From an uncultured delta proteobacterium (lineage in GTDB: Bacteria > Desulfobacterota > Syntrophobacteria > Syntrophobacterales > Syntrophobacteraceae): a stretch of DNA of 64,000 bases. The stretch lies in contig CAWEHK010000030.1 of assembly GCA_963808625.1 (NCBI GenBank), positions 40,062 through 104,061 of the forward strand, read 5' to 3'. Every line of letters begins with the position of its first letter. The stretch's first letter is position 1. Shown here piece by piece: positions 33,681 to 44,457 of this stretch. The notes under the pieces are model-generated. The model worked only from the letters and a program-made list of their open reading frames with translations, did not search any database and was not told the origin of the DNA. A program made the position numbers and the translations under genes.

Positions 33681-34238
33681 ATGGCGAAAAAGCTATTAGA
33701 AATTGCTGCCGAGCTTGTGCAGGCACAGGTATCCACCAGTCAACTTGTTGCTGACGAGATTGTTTCGTCCTTGAAGCTGGTGTTTAGTGCCCTTCAGGAG
33801 ATGCAAAAATCAGAAACGGAAGGGATGCCCCTCGAGATTATCAAACCACCTGAAGAAGCGGTGCCTGAAGAGGTCGTTGCCGGTAAGATTGATCCCAAGG
33901 GGTCGATCCAGGAGGATAAAGTCATATGCCTGGAGTGCGGGGCTGAGATGCGGCAACTGACCGCCAAGCATCTTAGCTCCCACGGTCTGAGCATTAGAGA
34001 ATACAAGCACCGATATGGTTTCCCGCTGAGACAGTCCCTGTCGGCGAAAGCCTTGTCCAAGGCCCGCAGCAAAGCGGCAAAGAAGCGGGGATTGCCGGAA
34101 AAGTTGTTGAGGTTCCAGGAAGAAAGAAAGCGGAAAAAGGAACTGGCTCTTCAGGAAATGCCCGCGGCTCTCTCGGAAGCAGGCCTGGAAAAGAAGGCCA
34201 AGCCGGTTACCAGGCGTCGTAAGAAAGAGTCGCAATAG
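33681..34238 (+). CDS. mucR: MucR/Ros family regulator with basic C-terminal tail
   Basis: SIQEDKVICLECGAEMRQLTAKHLSSHGLSIREYKHRYGFP; AT-rich upstream region. Confidence 0.9.
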   Translation: MAKKLLEIAAELVQAQVSTSQLVADEIVSSLKLVFSALQEMQKSETEGMPLEIIKPPEEAVPEEVVAGKIDPKGSIQEDKVICLECGAEMRQLTAKHLSSHGLSIREYKHRYGFPLRQSLSAKALSKARSKAAKKRGLPEKLLRFQEERKRKKELALQEMPAALSEAGLEKKAKPVTRRRKKESQ

Positions 34239-34403
34239 CGGTAAAGTTTATCATGGTGCGTTTCCGGGTTTTGCGTAACTCCCATGGTCATGAGGGAGGA
34301 GAATGAAATCGCTTGGCTTGGTCCGGGCGGTCCCGTGAGAGCGCGAGATGTTGTGTGATGGGGCGGGACGATCATGGTTCCCGCCCCATTGCGGCAAAAT
34401 CAG

Positions 34404-34925
34404 CTAAGGCTTTTTGGGTGGTTCCTTTCCTTTCGTTGTGCAAAATTCTTCCGGAGTCAACGAACCATTGCCGTTGGTATCCCTTTGTTTGAAAAGCTCG
34501 TCGCCTTTGCCACCAGGTTTGCGGCCGGTCGTAAACTCGTCCCTGGTTATCACCCCGTCATGATTGGCATCCATGGCTTTGAAGCGATTCCTGCAAAGGG
34601 CCGCCGGATCAGTCAGGCCTTTGCCCCCTCCCGCTCCGATGCAGTATTCTTCCTTTGTAAGATTGCCATCATGGTTGACATCCTTGGAATTAAAGATCTC
34701 ACCAGCTCTCGCGCCGACGCGCCCGGACGCCGTGAATGCTTCCTTGGAAACCTTGCCGGTGTGTTTCTTGTCCATGGCGTCAAAGCGTTTCAGGCAACGC
34801 TTGAGGGGAGAGCTCTCGGTGAGGTCGCTGGGTTGAGGCTGCTCGTTCTGGGCCGCAGCCAGGCTGGCGAGGAACACCAGAAGCATCGCCAGGATCCATG
34901 GAAGAACGGTGGTTCGAGATTGCAT
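34404..34925 (-). CDS. Secreted EF-hand calcium-binding protein
   Basis: Signal peptide plus four EF-hand-like loops: DKKHTGKVSKEAF, DVNHDGNLTKEEY, DANHDGVITRDEF, DTNGNGSLTPEEF. Confidence 0.88.
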   Translation of the reverse strand: MQSRTTVLPWILAMLLVFLASLAAAQNEQPQPSDLTESSPLKRCLKRFDAMDKKHTGKVSKEAFTASGRVGARAGEIFNSKDVNHDGNLTKEEYCIGAGGGKGLTDPAALCRNRFKAMDANHDGVITRDEFTTGRKPGGKGDELFKQRDTNGNGSLTPEEFCTTKGKEPPKKP

Positions 34926-35304
34926 TCTTTCTCCTTTCTGCCCTTTCAAGCACGTTTTTGGGGGTTAAAAGCCAAGGGTCATGGTTTAGCATAAAGCGGC
35001 GCATCAACTTCGACGGCAGAGCCGTCGGTGGGTATATAGCAGAGAGCGCAGAAACCATCAATAAGAGAAAGCCAGGATGACAGCATCCCGGCTTCCGCTA
35101 GATAGAATAAGAAACCAACTCTTTTGCTGTTTTTCTACGCCATCGACGGGTTCTCCTGCAATGGGGTGGAGTAGGTATTTTGCATGGGAGAAGACAGTAA
35201 TCATAGTGGCACTTTCGTGTAGAATTTGGGGCGGGAATCGGTAGAAAGGTTGAAGCGTGCAGAGGGGTATCGTAACCGGAGATTTCACCCATAAGGATGG
35301 TCCC

Positions 35305-35547
35305 ATGAAGATCTTCATCTGGCGTCACAGCAAGCTTTTTTCCAGTTGGTCCATGTTCGATGAACCTCATGTTTATCAGGACAATTATCTCCAGGCGGAA
35401 ATTGCCGTGCTGGCAGATTCGGAAAGCGAAGCCCTGGCATTGATAAGCAATGAGGAGAAATGGAATGTTGAGGAATTGAGGCGCATCGCACCGCGCATCC
35501 TGCCGTTGGAGAAGCCTGCGGTCGTCAGCGAGCATGTTCAGTATTGA
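35305..35547 (+). CDS. Hypothetical protein (80 aa)
   Basis: MKIFIWRHSKLFSSWSMFDEPH...; RBS aagga. Confidence 0.7.
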   Translation: MKIFIWRHSKLFSSWSMFDEPHVYQDNYLQAEIAVLADSESEALALISNEEKWNVEELRRIAPRILPLEKPAVVSEHVQY

Positions 35548-35595
35548 AGGGCGGCAGGGCTTTTGCAAGCGGGCGAGGGGACCCCTGGCAACCAT

Positions 35596-36901
35596 TCACA
35601 TCTTCAAACTTCGCAGTACTGCGGCAAGGGGGGTCCGGGGTGGGCCCTCAACGGGTACCTGCAAGTGCTCCGAGGAGCTCCGAACAAGGTAAATCCGCTG
35701 CCTTGCAGGGGCTTTTGGCCACTCTTCCCGGAATGGAACGCGGTGTTCACGAAGGAATCGGGCCAGGATTCCGGTCTTCTCTTCGCATGTTGACCCCTCG
35801 GTAAAGATATTTACAAAAAAACTTCCCCCGGAACGATCCAAGAGCCATTTCCCGAAAATGTACAAATCCTCATAGAGCGCATCGAGCAGCAACACGCCTC
35901 TGATGCGTGGACCGGTACCGCCCCGGTCGAGAACGCAGGCGAGGGGCTTGTAGCCCCCGCTGAACGCCACAAGGATGATCGGGGCTTGCGTCCAATGGCC
36001 GCCGATACTTCTTCCCAAGCTTTTGCGACAGCACTTGCGCCGCCTCCTGCATGAAAGCCTTAAACACGTTTTTTTGTGAAAATTTGCCGGGATTGGAATC
36101 GGCTGCGTTTTTGGCCAATTGCGGCAGCACCAGAATGACATTCTTGCCCGAGTTTTCGATTTGCCCGTCGAGCCGGTAATCCTTAAAGCTTTGTCGCACG
36201 TCGCTCCAATTGCCATGGAAGAAAACGACGTAGGAAAAAGGTTTGTTCGGGTTGAACTGACTGGGTACATAAAACAGGACGCTGCTGTCCCGGTAATGCT
36301 CTTTCTCGGAAAGTCGCTCCCAGCTCCGGGTGGTGCGAAAGCGCTCCCCGGTTCGCGGGTCGGTGAAGTCGAAGAAATTGGGGTCAACATCTTTTCCGGA
36401 ATGCGGGAAGGGAGCATTGGAGAGGGCCTCAATAAAGGTCCCGTGATACTTTGGTTGATGGTTGATGGTTGATGGTTGACGGGCAATGGGTAAGGGGAGA
36501 TGGGTGCTGGGTGCTGGGTGTTGAGTGCTGGGAGGAGAGTGCTGGGTGCTGGGTGCTGAGTGCTGCGTGCCGTGATGGTGTGGGCTTAGTGATAGGTGCT
36601 GAGTGCTTGGTGCTGGGTGTTGGGTGATGAGGAGCGGGGGTTATGCTCCGGGTCCTGGGTGCTTGGGGTTGTGGCAGAGCATTGGTGCCCCTTGCCCTGT
36701 CTTTCTTTTTGGCGGGTGAGGGCGCGCAGGGAGGCTCGGATTTCGGTGGTTTTTGGGAGGGGGCTGCTGGAGTTGCTCATCCTTCGTGGGGCCTGCCTGG
36801 GCTTCCCCTGGGGATGCCGGACCAGGGCAAATGCTGATCGTCACCAGGAGGCAGAGGATGATCAGAAGATCAAACAATAACGTGGCGTCTGCTCTTAACA
36901 C
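35596..36901 (-). CDS. Exported alpha/beta-hydrolase-like protein with heptamer-encoded linker (internal stop at 36641, frameshift near 35990)
   Basis: Hydrophobic N-terminus; VVFFHGN, NVILVLPQLAKNAADSNPGKF, ILVAFSGGY (nucleophile elbow), LLDALY. Confidence 0.7.
36454..36665. repeat. Heptamer tracts (GTTGATG)n and (TGCTGGG/TGCTGAG)n inside the hydrolase gene
   Basis: ggttgatggttgatggttgatggttga and gtgctgggtgctgggtgttgagtgctggg. Confidence 0.9.
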
Positions 36902-37009
36902 TGTGTTTGGTTTTCGGCCTTCAGCCTGTCTTCAGCTCTTGGCTCTTAGCTCTTAGCCTTTAGTAGGACACATGCCGATCACAAAATGCACTTTGTGTAT
37001 TGATGTCCC

Positions 37010-37078
37010 CCACCCAGCACTCATTACTCATCACTTCGTGCTCAGCACCCAGCACCCAGCACTCAGCACTCATCACTG
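37010..37078. repeat. Intergenic heptamer tract (CAGCACC/CAGCACT/CATCACT)
   Basis: cagcactcattactcatcac...cagcacccagcacccagcactcagcactcatcac. Confidence 0.85.
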
Positions 37079-37081
37079 TCC

Positions 37082-39611
37082 TCAACCATCAGGCGCCTGG
37101 AGGCGGAAAAAAGAGGGCAGGGTGGCGAAATAAATAACGGCGGCGATCCAAATCACGGTCGAGATACCGAGGCTCACCGAGATGATGGGTACGAGCACCG
37201 AACCGACAACCGAAAAGGAACCGTTGATCCCCCATGCCCACACAAAGAAATGTTCCTTTTTCAAGCGGGAAAGCGTGGACATGCCGAGGGCGAAGGGGAA
37301 TCCCATCAGGAAGGCAAGCGGAAAGAGGAGGATGAGGCAGAAAACGATCTTCGCGCCATAGGGCCATAGTCCCACCAGGCCCAGAATGCGATCGAGGAAA
37401 ACGGCATAGAGCGCGAGCATTCCCGTTATCGCGCAGCCAACGACCACGATTGCCCGCTTCGCCATGGGCACAAAGCGGGCTGAAAGATAACTGCCCAGGC
37501 CGGAAAAGAGGAGCATTCCCGTTACCAGGATGGCCACCGATACCGTGGCATTCCCCAGACAGAGGATGTACTTGCTGATCATGGCGATTTCGACAAAAAT
37601 ATAACCAAGACCGAGACAAAGGAAATAGACGATCACGCCGAGCTTGCCCCGATGCCGCTGGAAGAAGGCACGCCATCCGAAGATCATGGGCAGGAGCATG
37701 AGCATGCAACCGAAGAGAACCGACAGGAACAGCGTCGCCCATAACAGGAGATAGCCCCATTCATCGGAGATGGCTTCCAACTTGTCGATGAACTTAGGGA
37801 TGTCGGGGATTTTCAAGTAGCCCGCAAAGTATGGCCGTTCATTGGTCAGCGGTTCGATGTTAAAGACATACCCTGCCTCAACCTCCTCCACATGACCGGC
37901 AATGAGGCGGCTGGCCACCAGGCGGTAGAGGTTTCCCATGGACATATCGACGCCGGATTCCGAGGATTCATCGGTCTGGGGCGCAAAGAAGATGTTGCGA
38001 TAGGCTTCGAAAACCTTTTCGAGGTCCCCTTCGGGTGGGGTCTGTCCGGGAGCGTAGACGATTTCGAAGCTCATCCGCTTGCAGTACCTGATGAGCTTTT
38101 GCACCTCCTCATCCGAGAACCCGCCCTTCTTGTAAAGCGCGGTGAAGGTGGAGAGGTAGGTATGGGCCATGAAAAAATCCCGGGAGATATCTTGCGAGCC
38201 CGCCTCCTGAGCCGCCGTGATCAGGGTTGTCATGAGCTTCATCGTGGACTTTGGCGGGTCTTCCTTATTCCAGACGGTAATCGAAAAAATGCCGTCTTTC
38301 CCCAAAGCGCGCATGCAGGCAAGGAAGGTTTCCCGGGTGTAGGTAAACTTCTCATAGATCGAGGAGCCTCCCGGCGAGGAGAGACCCGTCGAATCAGCCA
38401 GGCTCAGGTCAATGATATCAAAGGATTCGTTGGCCTTTCTTACGTAGATTCTGCCGTCGCTGGTGATGAGGCGGACCTTTGGGTTGTCGAGGATATTTCC
38501 GGTGAACTCGGCGATGAAATTCTTGTCCTTCACCGCGTCGATGATCATGGGGTTGCCCTCGGCCACGGTGACCTTCTCGGCCCCGAGCTTGAGCGCCACG
38601 TTGGTGGATATGCCTCCGCCGAACTGGATGACGAGCACCTGGGGATGCGGCTTCAGGAGGTAGGGCATGGAGAGCGGAAGGAACTTCACATACTCCGTCT
38701 CATCTTCGGTCAGGTTTTTCATGATCCCGATGGGCCCGTCACCATCGATGTACATCCCAAGATAGGCATTTTCGGGCATCGTTTCGAGATACAGGGTCGC
38801 GGTGTCACTCAGTCCCGGCGCAAAATGGAAGTAGGAACTGGAATAGACCTCGAGATATCCGAAGGGGCTCGCCGCCTCGTAGACCCTCTTGGTGTCCGGG
38901 AAATTCCTGGCGTAACTGACGCCCTTGTAGGGCGAGATGGTGATCTGGCTGAACTGCCAGCCCATGAACAGGGCCAGAACGGCGGAAACGGCCAGGACGG
39001 GGATGAGCCTGGCTTGCTGCTGACTGACGAACCAGAAGATGGCCCCCAGAAACCACAGGGCAATGGGAATGAGAAACAGGTGTTCCGGCAGGAAATAATA
39101 CATGCCGGCAAACAGGACCATGCCGCCGAGCCCCGACCCCGCCATATTGGCAAAGTAGGCCTTCCCAAAATTGGCCTGCCCCATCAGGAAGAACAGGCCC
39201 AGAAACATGGCTCCGAGCAGGAAGGGGACAAAGTAGAGGAGGAAGTAACGAGGCGAGATAGAATTTCTGACTGGGATCGGAAACCAGGAAAATCGGGTTG
39301 AAAGGCACTTCCTGCGCCAGGGAGTTGACGGCCAGCATGGCCGGTCCCAGCAGCAGGAGGGCGAGGTTGATCCAGAAGATCAGGGTTTTTCCGAAGAATT
39401 GCTTCCAGATGCAGAGGGCCGTGCTGAAGACTCCGAACCCGAACATGGCGATGCTGATGACGGTGGAACCGAAGTGGGACCAGCCGCCAATCGCGAACAC
39501 CCGCATGATGAAGAGTTCGTAGCCGAGAATCGACCCCGAGACAAAAGCAACAGCAAGATAAGCTGAAACGGGAATGGAATCCCGTCCTATGGGATGGCTG
39601 TGCATCATCAT
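37082..39611 (-). CDS. Polytopic membrane protein with central spermidine-synthase-like (class I methyltransferase) domain (frameshift near 39240)
   Basis: N- and C-terminal TM clusters (VISIAMFGFG, LGLGYIFVEIAMISK, FLMGFPF, WAWGINGSFSVVGS); central VLVIQFGGG, VTVAEGNPMI, DGRIYV, FDIIDLS, YTRETF. Confidence 0.85.
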
Positions 39612-40635
39612 TTGTTAAAGTGAGTCCCGCCTCCCTTTTTGGTGAAGGGAACGAAAGCCACTTTCCGCTGGCCGTGGTAGATATCTTCCCGGGCGATCAC
39701 CACATTCCCGTCCTGATCCGTATTCTTGGTCACTTTCATAACGATCTGGGCGCCGGGCGGACCGACCGGAATGACCAGGCTGCCGCCAACCTTCAACTGT
39801 TTGAGAAGGGGCGGGGGGATGTGGTCGATGCCGCAGGTGACGATGATTTTATCAAATGGTCCATACTCTTCCCACCCGTAATACCCGTCATCCGCCTTCC
39901 GCTTGATATTGTTGTACTCGGGGTAGCCGGAGGCCGCGAGGTCCGTGTAAATCTTGTCCGTCTCTCCCGCCAGTTTTTCTATGATTTCGATGGTATATAC
40001 CTTGTCGGTGAGGTAGGAGATGACGGCGGACTGGTATCCGGAACCGGTGCCTATTTCGAGCACCTTTTCACCGGGTTGGATGTCAAGGGCGGAAGTCATC
40101 CTGCTGACGAGGTGAGGGCCGGAGATGGTCACCCCATATCCAATGTCCAGGAAGGCATGCTCGTAGGCCCTTTTGAGGTTCCATTTGCGGCAGAATTTCT
40201 CTCTGGGCGTGAGCAGAAAGGCCCTCATTTCCTTCTCGCGCCACACGTCCTTGTTTTCAATCAGATGCAGGTAGCGGTCGTAGCGTTGCTCCAGATAATC
40301 GGGGTCTTCTTTCCGGTGTTCTTTCATGAACTGGACGAAGTGTTCCTCCGAGTCATGGGGAGGGGCCAGCTTGTCGGCCAGCGACTGGCCCGATGGCTTC
40401 GGCGGTTCTTCGGGCTTTCTTTTCGGATCGCGGGCTCTTTTGCCGGGGCGCTCTGGTTATCGGCAGCGGCAATCAGAGTATGGGGCTGGTTCTGCTGGCT
40501 GCCGAAAAGCCTTGAGCAGGGCCGCCGAGATTAAGAACAAGAAAAGCAATCAATGCCGTGGCGGCAAAGATTTCTGGCCATGCGTGACTCGCTCTCGCTT
40601 CCGAGATTGATATAAAGTTTAAAAGTTTTCACACG
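39608..40635 (-). CDS. pcm: Protein-L-isoaspartate O-methyltransferase with N-terminal signal-like extension (5' frameshifts; start uncertain)
   Basis: PREKF, IGYGVTISGPHLV, VLEIGTGSGYQSA, DGYYGWEEYGPFDKIIVT, PPPLLKQLKVGG, VAFVPF; upstream segment ATALIAFLVLNLGG. Confidence 0.88.
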
Positions 40636-40908
40636 TCTACTCCATCCCTTGGCTTCTCACAAGGTGTCAAAATCTGGTTTAATGGTTATATTCTACCGTG
40701 ACTCCGTTCATGCCCGATTTGCGATAGATCTCATTCTGGAGATGCGAAAAGAAAGAACCATTTTCAAATGCCGCTTCAAGAAGCCAAAAGAACGGGGTTT
40801 TGTCAAGCGCCTTTTGGTGAGATCGATAAATCTCTCCTGGCAATCGTGCGAGGCGATCGACTATACATTGCTCTGTAATGTAAAAACCAATGATTGGAGG
40901 ATCAAACA

Positions 40909-41395
40909 ATGGCCGAAGCAAGAACTTCAGAGCAGAAGGCAGGGCACGGATGCCTCTTCCGCAGAAAGCATCCTGCACCTTTATCTGCAGCCGTGACACT
41001 CTGGACGGGGCTTACCCGTCGCTCATGTTGGCATAAACGCTCGCCGGCAGGGAATGGATGCGACCATTTTCTATACCTTATGGGCATCAACGTGATCCGC
41101 AGGGACCGGGCCAAACGCTCCAAGTTCATTCCTGCCGGTTTCATGGGGGCGATTCCGGGGATGGCATCCGTCGCCACCTGGATGATGAAGCGGCAGATCG
41201 ACAAGGCCGGTATGCCGACCGTTGAGGAGCTCCTCGAGATGGCCCAACTGGAGGGAGTGAAATTCGTGGCGTGCAAGATGACCATGGATATGATGGAGCT
41301 CAAACCGGAGGACTTCATCGAAGGCATCGAAATTCAGACGGCAGAAGCACTACATAGAGCACGCCAAAGAGTGCAAGCTGAATATGTTCACCTAG
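40909..41395 (+). CDS. DsrE/DsrF/DrsH-like family protein (frameshifted)
   Basis: GMASVATWMMKRQIDKAGMPTVEELLEMAQLEGVKFVACKMTMDMMEL. Confidence 0.85.
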
Positions 41396-41419
41396 AAGGC
41401 AATGGCTGGTGAACAGTGG

Positions 41420-41560
41420 CTAGTGCGCGTAGTGCAAAAGTTCGTGCTACGTTTCCGGTGGGCAAAAAAACCTGCCCGTCACGGAACCGGAACACTGTAG
41501 GGTGGGCACGGCTTCTGGTGCCCACGGGAACGGCACAGGAACTTATACGGGCGTGTCCTG
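41420..41560. mobile_element. MITE family C copy with REP doublet
   Basis: tgtagggtgggcacggcttctggtgcccac.ggaac...ggaactta matches the reverse complement of 8050-8100. Confidence 0.7.
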
Positions 41561-41573
41561 ACGGGGTCAGTGA

Positions 41574-41913
41574 TCAGTCGCAGGGATCTGCGGTAGGTGC
41601 TGGATTGATGAGCCCTTTCAGGTATTCTTCCCATTCCATGGGGAGCAAATATTTTTTGCGGTTATTGCATGCTTTGCAGGCCGGCGCCACATTGCCCCTC
41701 GTGGATCGCCCGCCGCGCACGACCGGGACGATATGATCCATGGTCAAATCTTCAGGAGCCACCTTCCTCCCGCAATAGTGACACTCCCCTCGGGCCAGCT
41801 TGCGCTGCCACCATTGGGATTTGCGGAGTGCTCTGGCCTTTTCCTTCTCCCGTCCGAATGGTTTCCGGAGAGGTTTCCACCAGAAAATTGATATGGTTCG
41901 TTGTCGGTCCCAT
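41574..41913 (-). CDS. Small HNH endonuclease (frameshifted)
   Basis: LRKSQWWQRKLARGVCHYC, LTMDHIVPVVRGGRSTRGNVAPACKACNNRKK. Confidence 0.9.
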
Positions 41914-41989
41914 GGATCGGTTAAATGGTTCCTTCTGCTTGCCTGGAGCCTACCTGTGCAGGGAGCGGGCCTGCTTTATTGAAAAAACA

Positions 41990-42093
41990 AATATTGAATA
42001 ACGAACAAGGAATTTCGAATGATGAAGTTTTCCTCATCAGAGTCCTTGCTCTCCTTCGACATTCTGCGGTTCCTTGTTCGATATTCGATATTC
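41990..42093. repeat. Heptamer-periodic inverted repeat (AATATTGAATAACGAACAAGGAA...TTCCTTGTTCGATATTCGATATT)
   Basis: Long imperfect hairpin built from 7-nt units. Confidence 0.8.
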
Positions 42094-42158
42094 AGCCGAG
42101 TTGTCGATCATGCTCTCAGCCAGAGCAAACCGCCCCAGCTTTCCAAGCAAGATCCGGT

Positions 42159-43607
42159 TTAAGGAGCACCCTTCAGGGCCACATAGAACGTGTTCTTTCC
42201 GCGTTTGACCAGCAGCAGCAGGCTCTCCCCTTTCTTTATCTTCTGCAGGGCCTGATTGTAGTCCCTGATATTTTGAATGTTTTGGCGGTTTACCTGCTTG
42301 ATCAAATCCCCGGGGCGCAGCTTGGCTTCGAATGCCGTGCTCCCCGGCTTGATGTCGGAAATCACGACGCCGCGCTCATTCTCCTCCCATCCAAAACGCT
42401 GTGCCAGCTCCGGGGTGAGGTTCTGCACGGTCAACCCCCAGGCGCTCTTTTCTTCTGCTACCGGCGCTTCCGCCGTCTCGTCAGGCATGGTGCCGATGGT
42501 TACCTTGATCTCCTTACTTTTACCGTCGCGAACCAGTTCCACTTTGGTCTGGGTGTTGGGTGCCGTTGCGGCTACCAGGCGCGAGAGCGTGTGGGCGTTG
42601 TCGAGTTCCTTGCCATTGAAGTGGGTGATGATGTCACCCCGCTTGAGACCGGCTTTATCGGCGGGACCATCCGTGACCACATCACCCACCAGCACCCCGG
42701 TGGTCTGCTTGATGCCAAAGGATTCGGCCAACTCCGGGGTAATGTCCTGAATCATCACCCCGAGCCACCCGCGGGTCACTTTGCCGGACTTCAATTGCGG
42801 CAGGATCTCTTTTACGAGGTTGATCGGGATGGCGAAGCCGATTCCCTGACCCTGCGCGACGATGGCCGTGTTGACCCCGACCACTTCGCCATTCATATTG
42901 AAGAGGGGACCGCCGCTGTTGCCGGGGTTGATCGCCGCATCCGTCTGGAGGAAATCGTCATACGGTCCGGCGCCGATGACGCGCCCTTTCGCGCTGATGA
43001 TCCCGGCGGTGATCGTGTTGCCCAGGCCAAAGGGATTACCGGAAGCCATGACCCAGTCACCCACCCGCGTCGCGCCCGAATTTCCCAGTTGCGCGGGTTT
43101 TGGAAAGTCGGCGCCAGGGCTGACTTTGATCAGCGCAACATCCGTCTTGGGGTCCCGCGCCACCACCTTGGCATCGTAATCCTTTCCCGCGTCGGTTTTG
43201 ATCTTGATTTCGTCGGCCTTTTCAACGACATGGTTGTTGGTGAGAATGAGCCCATCGTCATCAATCACAAATCCGGAGCCGAGAGCATGAGTCTTCATCG
43301 GACCCTGGCCCTGAGACCCGTCCCCGAAAAAGCGCCGCAAGAACTCATCTCCAAAAAAATCGCGAAAGGGTGAATTCGGCCCGATGAAAGGCTGCATGGG
43401 ACCTTCTTTGATCACTTGCGTGGTGGAAATATTGACTACGGCATGATTGACCCGCTCGGCCAGGTCGGCAAAAGAAGGCGGTCCCTGCGGCCCCGGGCCC
43501 GAAAGAGCATGAGAAGTGCCGGTGGATGAAAAGAACAGCATGCACGAGATGAGAAGTAGAAAACTGCCCGTCCTGATCGCCTTGGATCTTACCTTCTGGA
43601 ATTTCAT
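42159..43607 (-). CDS. degQ: DegP/DegQ (HtrA) serine endoprotease with two PDZ domains
   Basis: LGSGFVI, LTNNHVV, TDVALIK, QTDAAINPGNSGGPL, RGWLGV. Confidence 0.95.
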   Translation of the reverse strand: MKFQKVRSKAIRTGSFLLLISCMLFFSSTGTSHALSGPGPQGPPSFADLAERVNHAVVNISTTQVIKEGPMQPFIGPNSPFRDFFGDEFLRRFFGDGSQGQGPMKTHALGSGFVIDDDGLILTNNHVVEKADEIKIKTDAGKDYDAKVVARDPKTDVALIKVSPGADFPKPAQLGNSGATRVGDWVMASGNPFGLGNTITAGIISAKGRVIGAGPYDDFLQTDAAINPGNSGGPLFNMNGEVVGVNTAIVAQGQGIGFAIPINLVKEILPQLKSGKVTRGWLGVMIQDITPELAESFGIKQTTGVLVGDVVTDGPADKAGLKRGDIITHFNGKELDNAHTLSRLVAATAPNTQTKVELVRDGKSKEIKVTIGTMPDETAEAPVAEEKSAWGLTVQNLTPELAQRFGWEENERGVVISDIKPGSTAFEAKLRPGDLIKQVNRQNIQNIRDYNQALQKIKKGESLLLLVKRGKNTFYVALKGAP

Positions 43608-43795
43608 TAACACTCCTTTTCTTAAACGAGGCCTGACTCCGTGGATCGTCAACGCTGCCACTCCTCCTGTGCGGGTCGCTCTCAAACGTCCCATCCTGCG
43701 AGCCCGATACCATTTCCCTTGCCTGATCCCTTCCAAGAGTCCCCGAATTTGAGTTATAGAAAGATAATCAAAACAGGCGAAAAGGCAAGGTTGGG

Positions 43796-44155
43796 ATGGT
43801 GACGAAGGGAGGATCTCTTTTGACGAAGGAACGTATGACCTGGATCGAGGCCTGTGAAAAGGCCAAAGCAATGGTGGCGAGCGGCCGGGAGATGGGCCAT
43901 CTTTATCGCCAGGCCCTCCAGTACTATGGCGAAGGAGAGCTGCGAACGGAAGTCCAGTCCTCAGCGTTTGACGCGATTCGAGATGAGGACCTGCGGCACG
44001 AAATCTTCGCCAACGAGGAAACCATGTTGAGTTTCTTCTGTGGCATATGGATCCAGTTCCTGCTCACGGAAATTGCCGGGCTCAAGGGAGAGGAACTGCG
44101 CACTCTTGCCCTGAAGGTGTTCAAGGATTCTCAAGGACGTCAGGCCCTCCACTAA
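43796..44155 (+). CDS. Hypothetical protein
   Basis: Intact helical ORF divergent from degQ. Confidence 0.65.
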   Translation: MVTKGGSLLTKERMTWIEACEKAKAMVASGREMGHLYRQALQYYGEGELRTEVQSSAFDAIRDEDLRHEIFANEETMLSFFCGIWIQFLLTEIAGLKGEELRTLALKVFKDSQGRQALH

Positions 44156-44186
44156 AGACACCCCACTCCTTTCGATCCGTTTTCAA

Positions 44187-44435
44187 ACCACGGAACACAC
44201 GGAACACCCGGAAAAGTCACTTCTGATATTTTGCGTCTCGTATCCCAAATTGAGCGATTGCATTGCATCGGGGTGAGAGAATCCCCGATTCTTCGCGGGT
44301 GGGGATAAACCCCGCCCCTACTGAGCGGGTTGGCCAGCCTCTCGTAGGAACGGGCTTTACGCCCGCCCGGATCGGCTGCCGGACCCTCAAAATCGCTCAC
44401 ATTGGGTCGTATGTTTGTTCCGTGTATTCCGTGGT
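44187..44435. repeat. 9-nt periodic inverted repeat enclosing a REP doublet
   Basis: accacggaacacacggaacac ... gttccgtgtattccgtggt around gtggggataaaccccgcccctac and gtaggaacgggctttacgcccgccc. Confidence 0.75.
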
Positions 44436-44457
44436 GAAATCTTTGCGATGGCCGCGC

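Noticed and set aside
41574..41913. HNH nuclease as a defence or homing element
   Set aside because: Small standalone HNH in housekeeping context, with no associated methylase, intron or repeat array.
25146..43373. Long antisense ORFs such as 25146-26705, 29305-30726, 37892-39301 and 41925-43373
   Set aside because: They are shadows of well-supported genes on the opposite strand, expected in GC-rich DNA, and carry no motifs.
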